A stretch of DNA of 60,014 bases, counting the filler, from Sphacelaria rigidula (taxonomy: Eukaryota), in NCBI GenBank assembly GCA_964200075.2. It is 8 parts of 8 records of this genome, joined end to end, with 100 filler letters (N's around TTAATTAATTAA, not from the genome) between each part and the next. Parts side by side here need not be neighbours in the genome. Positions count along the whole stretch, not along the records: positions 37,573 to 44,986 come from CAXNAA020015036.1; positions 45,087 to 52,500 come from CAXNAA020015037.1; positions 52,601 to 60,014 come from CAXNAA020015038.1; 5 more parts are not named here. One strand, written 5' to 3'. The notes under the pieces are model-generated. The model saw only the letters and a list, made by a program, of their open reading frames with translations. It made no database searches and was not told where the DNA came from. The translations under genes were made by a program, and so were the position numbers. Shown here one piece after another: positions 39,401-52,701 of this stretch (position 1 is the first letter of the stretch; every line of letters begins with the position of its first letter).

Positions 39401-40541
39401 ACACTATTATCTACTGATATCTAAATTACCGCATCCGACAGCAAATTGTGCGAATTGAGGTTTAACTCCGAGATGAGGTTCAAGTGGGCAACCCGACTTG
39501 AGAATTGTTTGTGATAGAAGTGCCGAGGACAAGCTCTTATTCGGAAGAAGTAACCTGTGGAGGTGAATCCGTAACGCGTCATATTCAGTACGTCGAAGAA
39601 TCGAGAGAAGTAAGTCGGGTGGGCACTCTTGTTACTCTACACCACAGGGGAAAAGGTGGCAGCGCACGGATCCCATGTATTGCGCGAGGAACAGCACCCC
39701 GAGCATGCCCGACAGGGTGGAAGGGGGGAGGGTGCTCGTCAGGCACGACTAAGACGGGCGCCATTCGTGTCTTGGTATCGATCAGCTGCGGGTTTGTGCT
39801 TCACCCCTCAACCAAAAAGTCGGTTTCAACGCAACATGGATAGCCCATTGCCCACAAGATTCCGTCACGGAACCGACTCGGATACTCCCCTTTGAACATT
39901 TCCCTCTGGCGAGAAGAATTATGCATTGTCTTTCATCGAATTCGAGAACGCGAGCAGGTGTTCCACGCACGGTGCTACCATCGGTTGCGATCGACAAGCG
40001 TTGACGCCGTCTTTTCTCATCAACGGGTACCCCCGGAACAAAACCACGCACAACGCGACAGGACGGTGAACCACCCCCTCCCCCCCGAACTCCCTACCCC
40101 AACCCAACCCCAGGAATCTCGTATCCGTAGGTGTGATATTCTTTTCGGTGTTCCCCAGTCGGATGGAAGACACGATTCCTGTCGGTAGATCATGAGGGGG
40201 TGATTACTATCGCAACCGTCTCACCCGGCACCCTTCACCAAGACTCCCCTCTTCTTCCATGGCGCTGCACATAACTCTGCCTAAACTTACATACGCTCAC
40301 TCATCCCCATTTCGACGGTCGAGCGAGGGGGGGTGTGAAATTTACAAGCCAAACGGAAATCTCGTCTTTATCTGTATCGGTCACGAGCGCGTGACGCACG
40401 CCACGGTCAACCCTCTCGGCGCTGCATTGAGGTTGATCAAAGTACGGTATACTGTCCACATAAACCACTATACGCGGCGTCTGAACCTCTTGCCTTGCTT
40501 TATTGACCAAAACTGGACGTCCAGAACGCTGTCCTTTACAA

Positions 40542-42578
40542 TTATTTACTCTTCTCTTGTTGTGACTTCGCGACAATGATTTCATCCAATACCCCCTTTG
40601 GAATCTTAGCGCCGAAATTGAGTCTTCGACATGAAGCCGTGACCAAATCTGACTCCATCCACTCCACGTCAGGGGCCAACTTGCGCTTCCTGGTGGTGGT
40701 GTCGACCCCAGCCCCGTCACAACTTTCTGTGGTTTTGTAGTCTTCGGTGAACTTACCCTTCCCGTATTCTCTGATGCTGCAATCAGCAGCGCCGCTGCGA
40801 GCTTTGGAGGTCGCAGGTGACCACCAGCGCACCTGAACGTCGGCCTCACTGCCGACCGTCTCCCGTACGTCGATCACCTTGCCCACCAAAAACGGGGCTT
40901 CGTCGGCGAGGAAGAAAACGAAGTCTCCGTTGACGAATGAGGGAATGTCGGGTTGCTCACCAGGGACGGCGCCACCGCTGGTGCCCGCCCCACCCTGCCC
41001 ACACACCCCGGAGTACTGGACGACACCCCCCGACTTGTCATGAACGGAAGTGTCCAGCACCCTACCCGACCCATCGCCGAGACTATATTCATCTGTCCCA
41101 GTGTCCTCTTTCGCCGCCCCTTCGTCTGGCTGCACGTTGTTGCGCCGCAGCCAGTGGCAAGGAAGATTCCAAGGCACGGAACCCTTTGCGTCGAGTAGTC
41201 TGTGGGAGGTGGCCATTTCGTTCTTGATTGTCTCCTGCCTCTCCAAATCTGCGAGCACGCGTGCGGTCTGATGGGATCAGGGGCGGCCCGTGTGCGACCT
41301 CCTCGTGGTTTGATTCGGCAAGATGATTGATTACTTGATCGCCGCACAGCAAATGATCCCCCAGCAATCGAGTCGTGGTAACATTATCGACAACCGGAAC
41401 GGGAACACTCGTTGGATAAAAGTGAAGGACAATCATATACAAACCGTTAAAAAAAGAGGGTGGATGGCAAACTCAGAACTACATAAAGCAGGAAAAAATG
41501 TAAATACCCAAACTGAAAAAGAGGTTGCCGGCCTTTGCGGCCTGCCTCCTGCGTAACACGATGCGCGCAGAAGTACACACTCGTGCGTAGTCGACAAAAA
41601 CAAAAAAAAACTGTGTGAACAGAGGACGGCAGGTCTACGCTGACCACCCTGTCTGCAAATGAAACTGTCAGTACTGAACCCTCCGGAAATGGGCCCTCAG
41701 CTGCAACTTGGGTACCCCGAGGTAACGCAGAGACGCCATTCCGAGTCAAAACAAAGCCCACTTTGCCTATCCCTGTATTGTACTCTTCGGTAATTTGGTT
41801 GCCCGAAGGCTCGCTGTCTACCTTGCGTTAGGGGTGTGCTCCATCTCTAAGCACATTTTTTTTTGACAAAAACAAATAACGTGCGCTGAGAGGACAGAGA
41901 ATAACGAGCCTACAAAAGATTACACCCTTTTGACATAATGGCGTACAGCGGGTACAGACTTAGGGCCCGAGCACATAGTGAGACCAGCGACCAAGGACTA
42001 AATCAACACCGGTTGCTGAAGCGTCAAACGGTAGAATTATAACAACAAGGTGGGAAGCGATTGCAAAAGCCGTGCACGCGCGACAACACGAGGATAGTTT
42101 GGGCGGCACAATGTAAAGAAGAATCTCCTTTGTACGCACACCTAGGGGGTAGAGGGACGCCAGGCGACAGTGCACGGCATTGTAGCGAGCCAGAACGCAC
42201 GCCCGCGCGGCTGCATCGACGACCTTCAGGTTGAAGGGAGGCGCTAACTCCAGATCTGGGACACCCGCTCGGAAAAGCAAGTGTGGAGGGCCTTCGAAGA
42301 TACCGGGAGCCGTCATCCCGGTGAAGTCAGGCTTGTGCATGTACTGCTTCATACCAACGCTGACCTAGGCCGGCCCCGCAGGCCGGATCTCGAACGACCG
42401 TGGCGACGTTATGCCAACGATGGGAAACACGCGACCGCCGTCTGTCAGGGCCCCTTTGAAGTTGCCCAAGGAGCGGAGGGTGGTGGTGTAGACGGGCAGG
42501 CTCGTGTACGCGGCACTGAAGGCCTCTGCCTACTGTTGTCTCGTGAACAGGCAAGAGCCTTTACAGTGTACGGAGATC
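40542..42578 (-). pseudogene. Decayed intron-containing gene, possibly the C-terminal part of a DNA transposase with a Tudor/BAH-like barrel
   Basis: Exon 42578-42142 (AG/GT bounded, two in-frame TAGs) reads RISVHCKGSCLFTRQQ*AEAFSAAY..LGNFKGAL..GITSPRSFEI. The downstream 238-aa ORF contains GDFVFFLADEAPFLVGKVIDV..VQVRWW. Confidence 0.4.
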
Positions 42579-43685
42579 CTGTTAAACAATCGTAAATAAG
42601 TACCAAAAGTGTTTATCAATGACATACTTCCACCTACATACTAACCCTTCGATGTCAAACGTAAATAGTAACATCGAAATATGTTTGGACACTCGTATAC
42701 TGTGCGATAACCGTACCCTCTTACCCCTGTGAGAGTCGTACTGATACCGTACATAATTTGACATCGGAAAAGACCACCCGCGTATCGACATCATTTGTAG
42801 GACTTACTCCGGGATTTTATTTCGAATTTTTTAATCGGTTGCAATTTCGTCCATAAATTCTGTTATTTGATGACTTAGACTTCGTTAAAAAAAGGAAGAG
42901 CGAGGTTTTGCGAATACGAACCTGCCACGGTCTCGGTCCTCAATATTTTTACATAGGTGGGGAGTTACAGCCGATTCCCAGCCCAACTACCAAGGTCAAT
43001 TACCGCGGTAAATTACAAAGATTTACTGAGTGATCCCACGGTAGGGGTGCACAAAATGTTTTTATCGTTTGAATTTGTAGGAGCCCTCCATCTCATTGGG
43101 GTTAAGGTTAGTGTTAGGGCCTAACCCTAAGATGAGCGAGGCCACACATCACACCCGGATGATCCAGTTGTGTTTTTTTATTTCGAAAATATGCATTGCT
43201 GTCGGAGGTCCCCAACGTTTACCCCCAATAACACAGGCTAGCCGCAGTTTATGCGGTGTAAAAGACTGTTGGACTGAATCAGATAGGACGCGATATTGAA
43301 AATTGGGGATGGATATTTTTTTGAGGTCGAGCATTGGGAGCCTTCGTAAGCATCACTGCATTCCCGCACTACAAAAAAGAATCTGCCCTTTCCGATTGTG
43401 TCGTGTAGCGTGGCTCCTCCGGAACAATAGTCCGTCTGCAATATGTGAAATCCTGTACTTACACGGAACAACTTCACCCTCCGGTCCTTCCTGTCTCTTA
43501 CACTGCTCTTGTATTCCAGAATCCCCTGAAAAACACGGCATTTTACGAATGCCCGGCGTTTTCTCCCATGATGAGCGACGCCACCCATTACAGCCGGAGA
43601 GTGCATTTGTAATTATATTTCGAGAACATTTCGATGCTTGTGGCGGTACCCAAGGTTATTCCTCCGTAAAAACTGTGATCAATTT

Positions 43686-43936
43686 GACTAATGCCGAGAT
43701 AGCCCCCCCGCAAAAAGTGCACCGGAGACCATTCAACGAACCGGCTGCGATCCCACTATTGGGCTCGTTTGCAGCAATTTCGCCCGCATGAGAGGCGTGT
43801 AGCACTCCGAAATCAGCTATAACGCCCAAATCAGTCGCATCGTCCAGCACGAAACCAGCTTTAACGGCAGTTATGATCATCGCCTCGGTGCACGTTTTTG
43901 GCCGGTTTGGGGGGGGGGACTATCTCGGCAGTAGTC
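43686..43936. mobile_element. 251-bp MITE with GAC...GTC termini and 4-bp TSD ATTT
   Basis: ATTT|GACTAATGCCGAGATAGCCCCCCC ... GGGGGGGACTATCTCGGCAGTAGTC|ATTT. Confidence 0.8.
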
Positions 43937-44137
43937 ATTTCCGAAATCGCGTGCTAGATGCGCTAAGGGGCAGTCGATGGTCCAGAAATTTGAATTGGAA
44001 TCGAAGACTATGAACACCGTCGGGGATCGAAGTGTTCCGGGCTCGTGCCTTTAGCCCGACAAAAACACAAATCGAGAACAGGATCCCTCTCGTCGCGTGG
44101 TCCACCGTCGCCCCTTATAGAACACCGAAACACTATA

Positions 44138-44587
44138 TCCGTGAGACTCAAAGGGTAGTTTCAGATTCAGAGTGAGACCCGAAACAATGGACTTTTCCCG
44201 TCGATTTTGACGTCGCCACATCGAGGAGAAATGCGCCCAGCTGGTGAAGCGGTGGCTTCAATGAAAGCTGTCACCTACACGATCAATTTGACACAACGTC
44301 ACTTGATCGCAACTACTTCGTCAGTCCATTGCAACAAAAGATCCCCTCTTTCAGGAAAAACTGGTTAGTGCCTGAAACAGTTTCAGTTCCGAAATGCCCC
44401 CCCCCAGGCGTAAACATACTTTGTGCAGTATCTCACCAACCAGACCGCCGAAATACTCGAATGAGGTACTGTACGGTAGCTGCATGCACCGCACGTGTGT
44501 TCAAGCAAAGCAAAGAAAAAAAAGTTTCCTGTTAGGAACGCTAGAGCATTCACTCTGAATCTGAAACTACCCTCTGAATCTCACGAA
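44138..44587. mobile_element. MITE with ~38-bp TIRs and TA flanks
   Basis: Left TA|TCCGTGAGACTCAAAGGGTAGTTTCAGATTCAGAGTGA; right reverse complement TA|TTCGTGAGATTCAGAGGGTAGTTTCAGATTCAGAGTGA. Confidence 0.7.
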
Positions 44588-44986
44588 TAGGGTCTTCCGA
44601 GCGCATCGCGGTGAGAAACCCATGAGCGATAGCATTTTGGCTTTCGCCTCTTGTGCGCGCCTAAGGCTTCGCATAATTCCGATTTTTGCGCCTAAATTCT
44701 GTGTTTTTCAAGACGCTTGTTTTGGGTTGTGAAACGCTTAGTGGGCATATCATGCGCATAACTTGCGCATATTGCCTATGCGCCGCCTGCGGCCACTGTG
44801 CAGATTCCCTTAGAGGTGTTCCATGCGTCTATGTGGCACGACAAAACCGCATGTAGACTGGGTTGGACAATGCCATGTTCGAGATTCAGAATCATTCCTT
44901 CGTCAAAATACCACACAACAGCAAATTGTGAGAATTGAGGTTTAACTCTTAATTGAGGCTCAAGTGGGCAACCCAACTTGCGAACT

Positions 44987-45086
44987 NNNNNNNNNNNNNN
45001 NNNNNNNNNNNNNNNNNNNNNNNNNNNNNNTTAATTAATTAANNNNNNNNNNNNNNNNNNNNNNNNNNNNNNNNNNNNNNNNNNNN
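44987..45086. other. Artificial contig spacer
   Basis: 44 N + TTAATTAATTAA + 44 N. Confidence 0.98.

Positions 45087-45148
<62 letters not shown>
45087..45148 (+). repeat. (AAT)n microsatellite at a contig end
   Basis: Direct ataataataat... run. Confidence 0.95.
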
Positions 45149-46339
45149 AAACGAACAGAACGACGTAGTAGACTCAGACGTAACAAAAAAAAGAGTAATA
45201 CAAAAGTCGACAAAAGCAGAGCACAGAACGAAATGGCCGACCTAAAACAGAAGCCTGGGGGTTTGACATGAAAAGAGTATTCGTCTCCTGATTTTGTGGA
45301 CGACTCCCGTTCCATTCGCCGTTTGTCGCCGTCAGCCGATCGTCGAAACTAGCTTTATCATCACCTCGCGGTGGTGATTACTTGGGTTCATCAGCCTCCT
45401 TCTGCTCATCACCATGCCCCCGTGCGAGCACGGCGGTCTTGAGTGCCACACTAGTGGGCAAAAATATTGAAAAGGCTGGTGTGGTGCCGTACTCCCGAGA
45501 GGCATGCTTTCTGTCTCGGTGGACATGATTGCAGATGGCGCACAGCAGCAGTGCGATTCAGTTTCGTCCGCAGAAAAAAAAGCCCCTATGAATGCCTCTA
45601 GATAGGAGCAATGTTATATGACGCCAATTGTGCACAAGATCGGCTGACAGGGACGAAGTGCCCCTGAGACCGGAGGTGTCCGCAATATTAAAAGCCGGAA
45701 GAAACCATTTTCATGTAGAAAAACACGGTCGTTCCGCCTTCGTGTTCTTCCGCTTTTTTGGCCCACAAACATTGTGCAGCACGGCCAAGAGATGAAAGAG
45801 AGGATGATTTTGACGGGCGCTTATTCGGTCAACAGTCGAGAAACACACAGCCTCTCTTTAAAGCAGAGTAATATAGGACGACGGTGTACTGGCGAACAGT
45901 GTCCGTGGGAAAGTGTACTGGGAACGGTGAGATAGCTGGGACGATACGGATCCTGACCGGGCATTGACGCAGTGGTGCCGGGACCCTCTGACATTTGAGC
46001 AAGGGTCGGACAAATGATGATTCGTCTGGAAATCACTTGGTTTTAGTATGATTGGTTCGAGTCGTACGAATCAATCCCTAGGCTCTATGTTTTCAGTTTT
46101 GCAACTCAGGCACACGCAGCCTAGACACGTGGAATGGCGCAAAAGTTGCGTGGATACCCCGTGTGGACCGGTGGTCAACGTTTTTCTCCCTTTTGGGCAA
46201 TCAGGCCGAAGAAATCGTGGATTTGGTGACTCGTAGTCGTGATGACTCGTCCTAACCGTGCATTTGAGCAAAGGGTTGCTGTAGTAAACGAAGAATATAA
46301 TAATGCGATGCTTGGCATCGGAATTTTCGCTGTTCGCAG

Positions 46340-47131
46340 CCGGCACCCACGCAGTCCGCCTCATCCGCCTCTACTCATCAACCTTCCGCTCTTTCTACAA
46401 CGATCTCTGCTTTCATTCGAAACAGCCAAGGGCAAATCCGCGGATCCCCACGCGCGGCCTGGACGGGCTAGGGTCACCGGAAAACCTGGGCGAACAAACG
46501 TGGGATCGGTTGTTGATATTCGTTAACCGGAACATCGCGGCGCGCTTTATGCTGTCCCTAGGGTCTTGGGATGAGTTCAAACGGCGAAATGTGCGCAACG
46601 TCCTCAGCGAGTTTAGAACGGGTTTCCACGACTTTCCCCGGCCCGGGTAAGCAGATGGATATGCTCATTGAGCAGGGGAGCGGTGGTAAGCGCATGCATT
46701 GTCAGAGCTTGCGGCAGCTCCGGCTCATGTACATCATCTTCAAAGCAGGCTGTACAGGTTGACTACATAGCGATGCCAAGTATCAAACTTTGGTGTAAGT
46801 TTCGTCACAATTGTGAAATGTTTCGTTCGCCGCCTTGAATCGTATTGTTCTCAGGTATAAGGAGTTTAATCCGGAGTGCGCGTTCGCTTCTGAACGCCTC
46901 AACTTCGGTATGCACGTGCGACTGGGGGACAGGGTACAATATAATCCCGACAAAAGCCACGCTTACTTCAAAACCCTGGAGGCATTTATGGAGGCTGTGA
47001 CTGCGGGCGTGGTGGCAAAAGGGCTTGATCCACCAATGTTCCACTTGTTTTCGCAAGCTCGAGAACCCTGCCCGCACAACGCTACTGGTCTTTTCGACGA
47101 GTTTCCCATTTGGCCGGTGGAAATGGATCAG
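46340..47131 (+). CDS. Two exons (46340-46646 and 46855-47131) of a putative fucosyltransferase-like glycosyltransferase (partial gene)
   Basis: A GTAAG..CAG intron joins in frame (FHDFPRPG|YKEF). The second exon has RLNFGMHVRLGDR, matching the HVRxGD GDP-fucose-binding motif I of alpha-1,2/alpha-1,6-fucosyltransferases (GT11/GT23-type), followed by MFHLFSQ (motif II-like). Confidence 0.6.
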
Positions 47132-50100
47132 GTGCGAGCATGGTTCGTGGATTGCCGGTTGTTGTAGCGGATGTGTCAGTTGTGTCCGGGATGCTTATCA
47201 CTGCTGGGTCAGATTTCACGTAGGAATTTTGTGGGGGCGTCGGAGTTTCAAATATGTCTGACTTCTTCTCGGTGCACCGTGTTGAGACGATGTTCGAATA
47301 ACTGAGTGATTGCAAGAATAGAGGATCACCAAACGTGGTGAAGATGATGTTTTACTCGTGCCAATACCCGAGAAGGGCAAATTTTCAAGTGGCGTAGAGA
47401 TGATTGTTATACAATCGAGGAACGACTTGACGACTCGAGTTCGAGTTGCAGTTCTCTATAGATTGAACCGAGCTGCCTGGTACATTCTGTGCTCACTGCC
47501 TAGGGTCCGCGGACATATCGGTTCACTTCATCCACCGTTCTTGTCGATACTCGCAGTCATCAGTTAGAAGTTTACCGATGTTGAGGCTGATTAATTGCTG
47601 GATACATTGATAGGCACGCCTCAACTGACTCACGACCAACCCAGTCGTGATCACTTCATGAAAGTACTCGCTGAACAAAATCCGACGAGAGGAAAACTAT
47701 GAGGGGTAGTGGAAGAACTACCAAGCAATCACGGAAATTAATCAAATGACGAATCAGAGCAGATTGATGAGAACACCAAACTACGAATGATCCCGATGTA
47801 AAAAACCGTCTGAAAATGTTGCAGATAGTGTTACTCGATGCTCATCGTCCAGTTAATCACGCAATAGGATTGCCGAAGAGTCAGTTAGACGAGAGGGTCG
47901 GACCTGCCTTGATCATAGCTTGTATCTCATTTTCCAATACTCCAGCTCGTAACCACACATATTACGGCAAGTCAGGAATGGTGCAAAATAGTAGACCGGA
48001 GAGGGAGGGGGGGGGGGAGGGGGAGGAGGGAGTCGTCATGTGTTGCCTGCCTCAGTCATTTGACCGTTGACCACGTATTCCTTTCGAGATGGAGTACAGT
48101 AAACGAGAGGGGGGGAAAGGGGGGGAAAATCTCAGCTGCCATTCATGCGCATCGCGATATCGAGACCGAGAGCCGTGGATCCACGAGTGTGCGTACGATC
48201 AGGAAGGCTACGATTTGTTACGCTATCGTTAGCTGAGGGTAGCATACGGCACCGCCTCCCAGCTTCTGGGATACAAACACGAGCAAGTCAAATCTAGGAA
48301 CCGCACTTCGGTAAATCTCCACAATCCAGGCACAATCAACACGAGGAAATGAGAGGTGAAGCGGGAGCAGAGGAGAAGGCAAGCAGAGAAAAAGAAAGAG
48401 TAGAGTCACGACCGTAATCGGCAGTAAGTGGGAGCTGTGCATATGTTGCTCCGCAGCAGAAGCCACGCTTTATACCTGGATGTGAACGACCAAGCCTTTA
48501 CTCACACGTGCACGAGTCTTTACTTACACGTGCAGGGCAAGCTCCCACTTGACCGCTCCTGAAGCGGACAAACACACGGCTATTTAAGAATATATTTAGC
48601 AGCATAGGCCTATGAATTGGACACCTGTGGCATTCCGGAGAAGTACAGACCACCGTTCACGCGGAAAACCGAGCGAACTTGTTTGTGTCTTGCGTATGGC
48701 AAAATGGTATGCCTACACAGGCTGACATGTGCGCTTTGACATATTCTGGTCACCGGGAGAATTGCACAATATTATCCTTCGGCGCTCAAGTGGTGCCTGA
48801 CTATATAGTGGAGTTACTGCCTTCCGAGCACTTGCAGACTCGAGGATGAACGCTTGAAGTTCAAGACATCACTTCGTCGAGTGGTCTACACCTACAACTT
48901 CTGCTTCATTCTGGACTGCATGTCCCCTCTTGTAAGCCTCCCCTCTTTATCAGACATATTACAGCTTCAAGGAGATGGGGTTGGGTCTAGAGTGGGAGGG
49001 TGATGCAGGTAGGTGGATATGCCCTTGAACGAACCCGACCCGAATGGTACGAGTTGCGCACTTCCTTTCCCGACGGCTACCGTTATGGGCGCGCCTGACC
49101 CCCCCGAACGGGCAAAAAACAGTGTCAACGAGCAAAAGCACGAACAGATTGCACTTCTTGTTCATGCCCTGATGAGGCACGCCGTAAATTCACCCGAAGA
49201 ACTTGGGATTTGTGTTTGTTTGATTTTCACGTCACGCCGCCCAACTTTTCTCGTCCCAGAGTATGAACCACGGCATGTCACGGCTACTCACCGGCGTGTA
49301 TTTGTCTATGCTACAGCTGCTATCGTGCGTATCGCGAAATAAATTATTGTGATCGAAAAAAAAGCAAAACAGACCATGTTTTTTCACTTAATTCGTCGTA
49401 TTACTCGGGCCCTGTTGAGATAATAAAGCACACCCGCGCACTCCGAACGCTGCGGTGTTGGCGCAGGTGATGCAAAAAATCGTATCACAATCGACGGCCT
49501 TGGTGATGAGTATTTTGGGACGCGATTTGGGCTATCAACGCAGACAAGCGCCTCCAACTCTCGCGTGTTTCGATGACACGCGAGAACAGTATCCCTGCAA
49601 AATGGCCTCAGAACAGATTACACGCATGAATAGCTCTTGATACTGGTACAAACGACCGTGACAACGCAGTGCAGATTGTTGGTACATCGGATGTGTGGAA
49701 TGTTTGACATGTGTGGGATTTGAACCTTCGACCGAGCCCCCATAAGCTGTCTGTGAGACACATACTCCCATCTGCGCATCACTCGCTTCGGTGACAAGAG
49801 TAGCGCTCGTTCTCCCGCATCCAGTTTCATAAACACGCCAACATCGATAGCGTAGCTTAGTATCGAATCTCACCTGGCGGCAAGTACGGGCAAACTGAAG
49901 TAGAAAATAAAGCCTAAGAGCAAAAGCTGGCGAGACGGAAAAATCTGCAAGAAAAGAGACGAGCAGTGTCTTGGACGCAATGGCCACACACTCCAACAGC
50001 CACCAACAATGAGTCGCACAAAGGAAAGCAAAATTCCTCGCGACCTTGCAGCAGCGAAGCGAACAAACTATAACACTAATGCTAACCCTAACCACAACCA

Positions 50101-52129
50101 CAACCCCAGCGAAGGGATACCGAGTACCCTCGGGCAAGGGGGGTGCAATTGTTTTCTCAGGCGAAGTGTGCGTTGCCAGATCTCAAATCGGCGCCCCACG
50201 TGCCGATTCAGACAGGAACGCGTTTTTCGCACGCTAGGAGCACAGCCCCCTTCAAAGATCCGGATATCGGTTTCCATACTCAAATCAAGTTGGACTAACT
50301 TACCCTCCCGAATGGTGAACTACGCTGCGTCATCACGACGGTACAAAATACAGCATCAAGTCGTCGGCCCACTTTTGCTGAAGCCACGTAGCACCGGAGC
50401 CCCATTTATGTCTTTCAGTGGACCCACCCGTCCTAAGACACGCGTCTGTTGTGTTCGGCACTGGTGGATCACGCACGTGACGACGGTTTGTTTCCATTCC
50501 CTCTCGAAACAAAAATATTTCTGGAGTCGGATCAAGCATCATGCCCATGAAATGAAACGCCACGTCCACGGAGTAACGAATACGCTTGCACAAGGCGAGT
50601 TATTCATCCGCCAACAATTGCGGAACGATGACATCCGATACATCAGGCTTCTCAAAACATGACGAGGTGGGTGGCGGTCGACCAACATCCGCCCAGCCCA
50701 CATCACACATCCGGCCACTGTTTGTACTCCACTCGTCTGTGCAAGGGGCGTCCCCGTTGAAGTTACTCAGTATATATGACTCTGGCGCATGTTGAGCACA
50801 CCATGTTGACCCAATTTCGATCCGCACCCCCCGAAACAAATGTTCGATTACCTTTATGTTCAAATTCTACACAAACAGCATGGACATACCACAAACGATT
50901 GCATCCTCGTACTCCCAACCGAAAAAGCACGCCTTGGACCCCCATCCCTCGACATCGCTTTGGGATGATGTCCCGCCTGATGAATCCGACTCGCCACAGT
51001 CAAAGCTTGTCCAAGACAGGCAAAACTATGCTGCTCGTCCCACTCATGTCAGGATCCCTTGCCGCGCGGCCCCATGAAAAACCCGCTCTCCAACCCGCTC
51101 GTGATGGAAATGTGCAGTATGTGCAAAAGACAACCCACACGCAGTACAAATACATGGGTATCTGAGGGTTCGTCTGGGGCAGGTCCAGGGGCACTTGGTG
51201 CTGCCGCTAGTTCAGCATCCTGGTTTTGCGGACTCCTTGGGAGCGACTGCGCAAAGCTAGCGGCGTCGTCTGACATGTTCTTAGTGCGACAAAAGCGATA
51301 GACGTCGTTCGCCAACACTGGTGTAGAGTATTTCGCGTGCTACGCGCGCAACTGCGACTGCTTGGACAAGACATGAGCTATAACGTGAGACGCGGCTGAC
51401 AGCGTCCAGGTGTCCGCTGCCTCACGTTTGTGTTTATTTCACCGGGCCCACTCACTTTTCCCTTCAGCCATGATATATATCCATTGTTGTTCCTAATGGA
51501 TTGAGTGCCACTGCGTCGTTTTTCGTCCGTGCTTGCGATACGCTGGAATGCCAGTGACAGCCGCTTTGGAGTTCTGATTTAGAATGCAGTCCGCGTTTTC
51601 TCGATTTGAATTTTGGATTTATATCGTTCTCTTCCGATGACGTGAGGCGCTTTTTACCCCACTTGCCCGGATAAGCAGTAAAAGCCGGTCTGTTCGTGTC
51701 TATTCGTGATTTTGGTCGCTGACGCTTCGTTTTGCCCATTTCGGGGGGGCAGGCGCGCCCACAACTGTCGAATACAGAGCAAAACGAGTGTAGTCTAAGG
51801 TGCACTCGCGTCATTTTACAGGAGCCAAGTCTTCAAAACAACGTGTTCGGTGCTTAGCTAGACAGAACGCGTGTGGCCTCTCACAAAATGTGATCCAAGG
51901 GTATATTTTCAGAAGTTCAAGGCCAGGAGTGGTATTTTCCAGGGTCAGTATGACTCACGGCACAAGTAGGTACTTTCCGAGTGCATTTTGGCTAGCCAGC
52001 ATTCTCTTCACACAAAGATGGTTGTGGCACTTGAGAGGGTGTTCCGGGGACGAATGTGAAGGCGATATCTAGAATTTTCAAGTAAGGAAGAGAAATAGCG
52101 GACTCGGTCGGACAAATCTCCACACGTGT

Positions 52130-52481
52130 GTTGTTGTGTTGTCGTCCCATCTATTCTGGACGCCAGTCTACACCTTTCGGTAAATGTGGGCGCACCAGCC
52201 GGGGTCACACAGGAGGAAGGCGAACACAGGAGATTTTTGTCTTTGCTTTGTTTTAATTCCCCACCTTCTTTCTGCGGTGCTTGCCTTTATTTGTTTTCGC
52301 GAGAGGAGTTTAGCAGTCCCTTTCCCTCGTCGACCATTGAGTCGAATTTTGTGTACCGACGACATAGTCGCTCTCCACTGTGGGGCATGACGAAAAATCC
52401 CAGATCCTTCTGAGATTCGAACCCACGACCCAACCGTCAGAAGGTGTCGAGATTACCAACTCAGCCACCGGGGCGACCGGC
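52130..52481 (-). mobile_element. tRNA-derived SINE
   Basis: Minus-strand head GCCGGTCGCCCCGGTGGCTGAGTTGGTAA (A box) ... GGGTTCGAATCTC (B box), no proper acceptor stem, a non-tRNA body and an AC-rich tail. Confidence 0.65.
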
Positions 52482-52500
52482 TAGAGTGGAGAACGACTAT

Positions 52501-52600
52501 NNNNNNNNNNNNNNNNNNNNNNNNNNNNNNNNNNNNNNNNNNNNTTAATTAATTAANNNNNNNNNNNNNNNNNNNNNNNNNNNNNNNNNNNNNNNNNNNN
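52501..52600. other. Artificial contig spacer
   Basis: 44 N + TTAATTAATTAA + 44 N. Confidence 0.98.
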
Positions 52601-52701
52601 GGGATGCTCGGTCAATGGTCAAACGACTAAGGCAAGCAACAAATGAGTACGCCCCCGTCCCCCCCCCCCGTCCTCTCATGACTTTCTCCCATGCGACGCA
52701 G

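Noticed and set aside
43098-43130. Telomere-like TTAGGG/CCCTAA units (also ~1621, ~30980 and ~50080)
   Set aside because: Only 1-3 degenerate units each; not a telomeric array.
49535-51320. Overlapping 100-217 aa ORFs on both strands
   Set aside because: No recognisable domain or consistent exon chain; likely decayed repeat.
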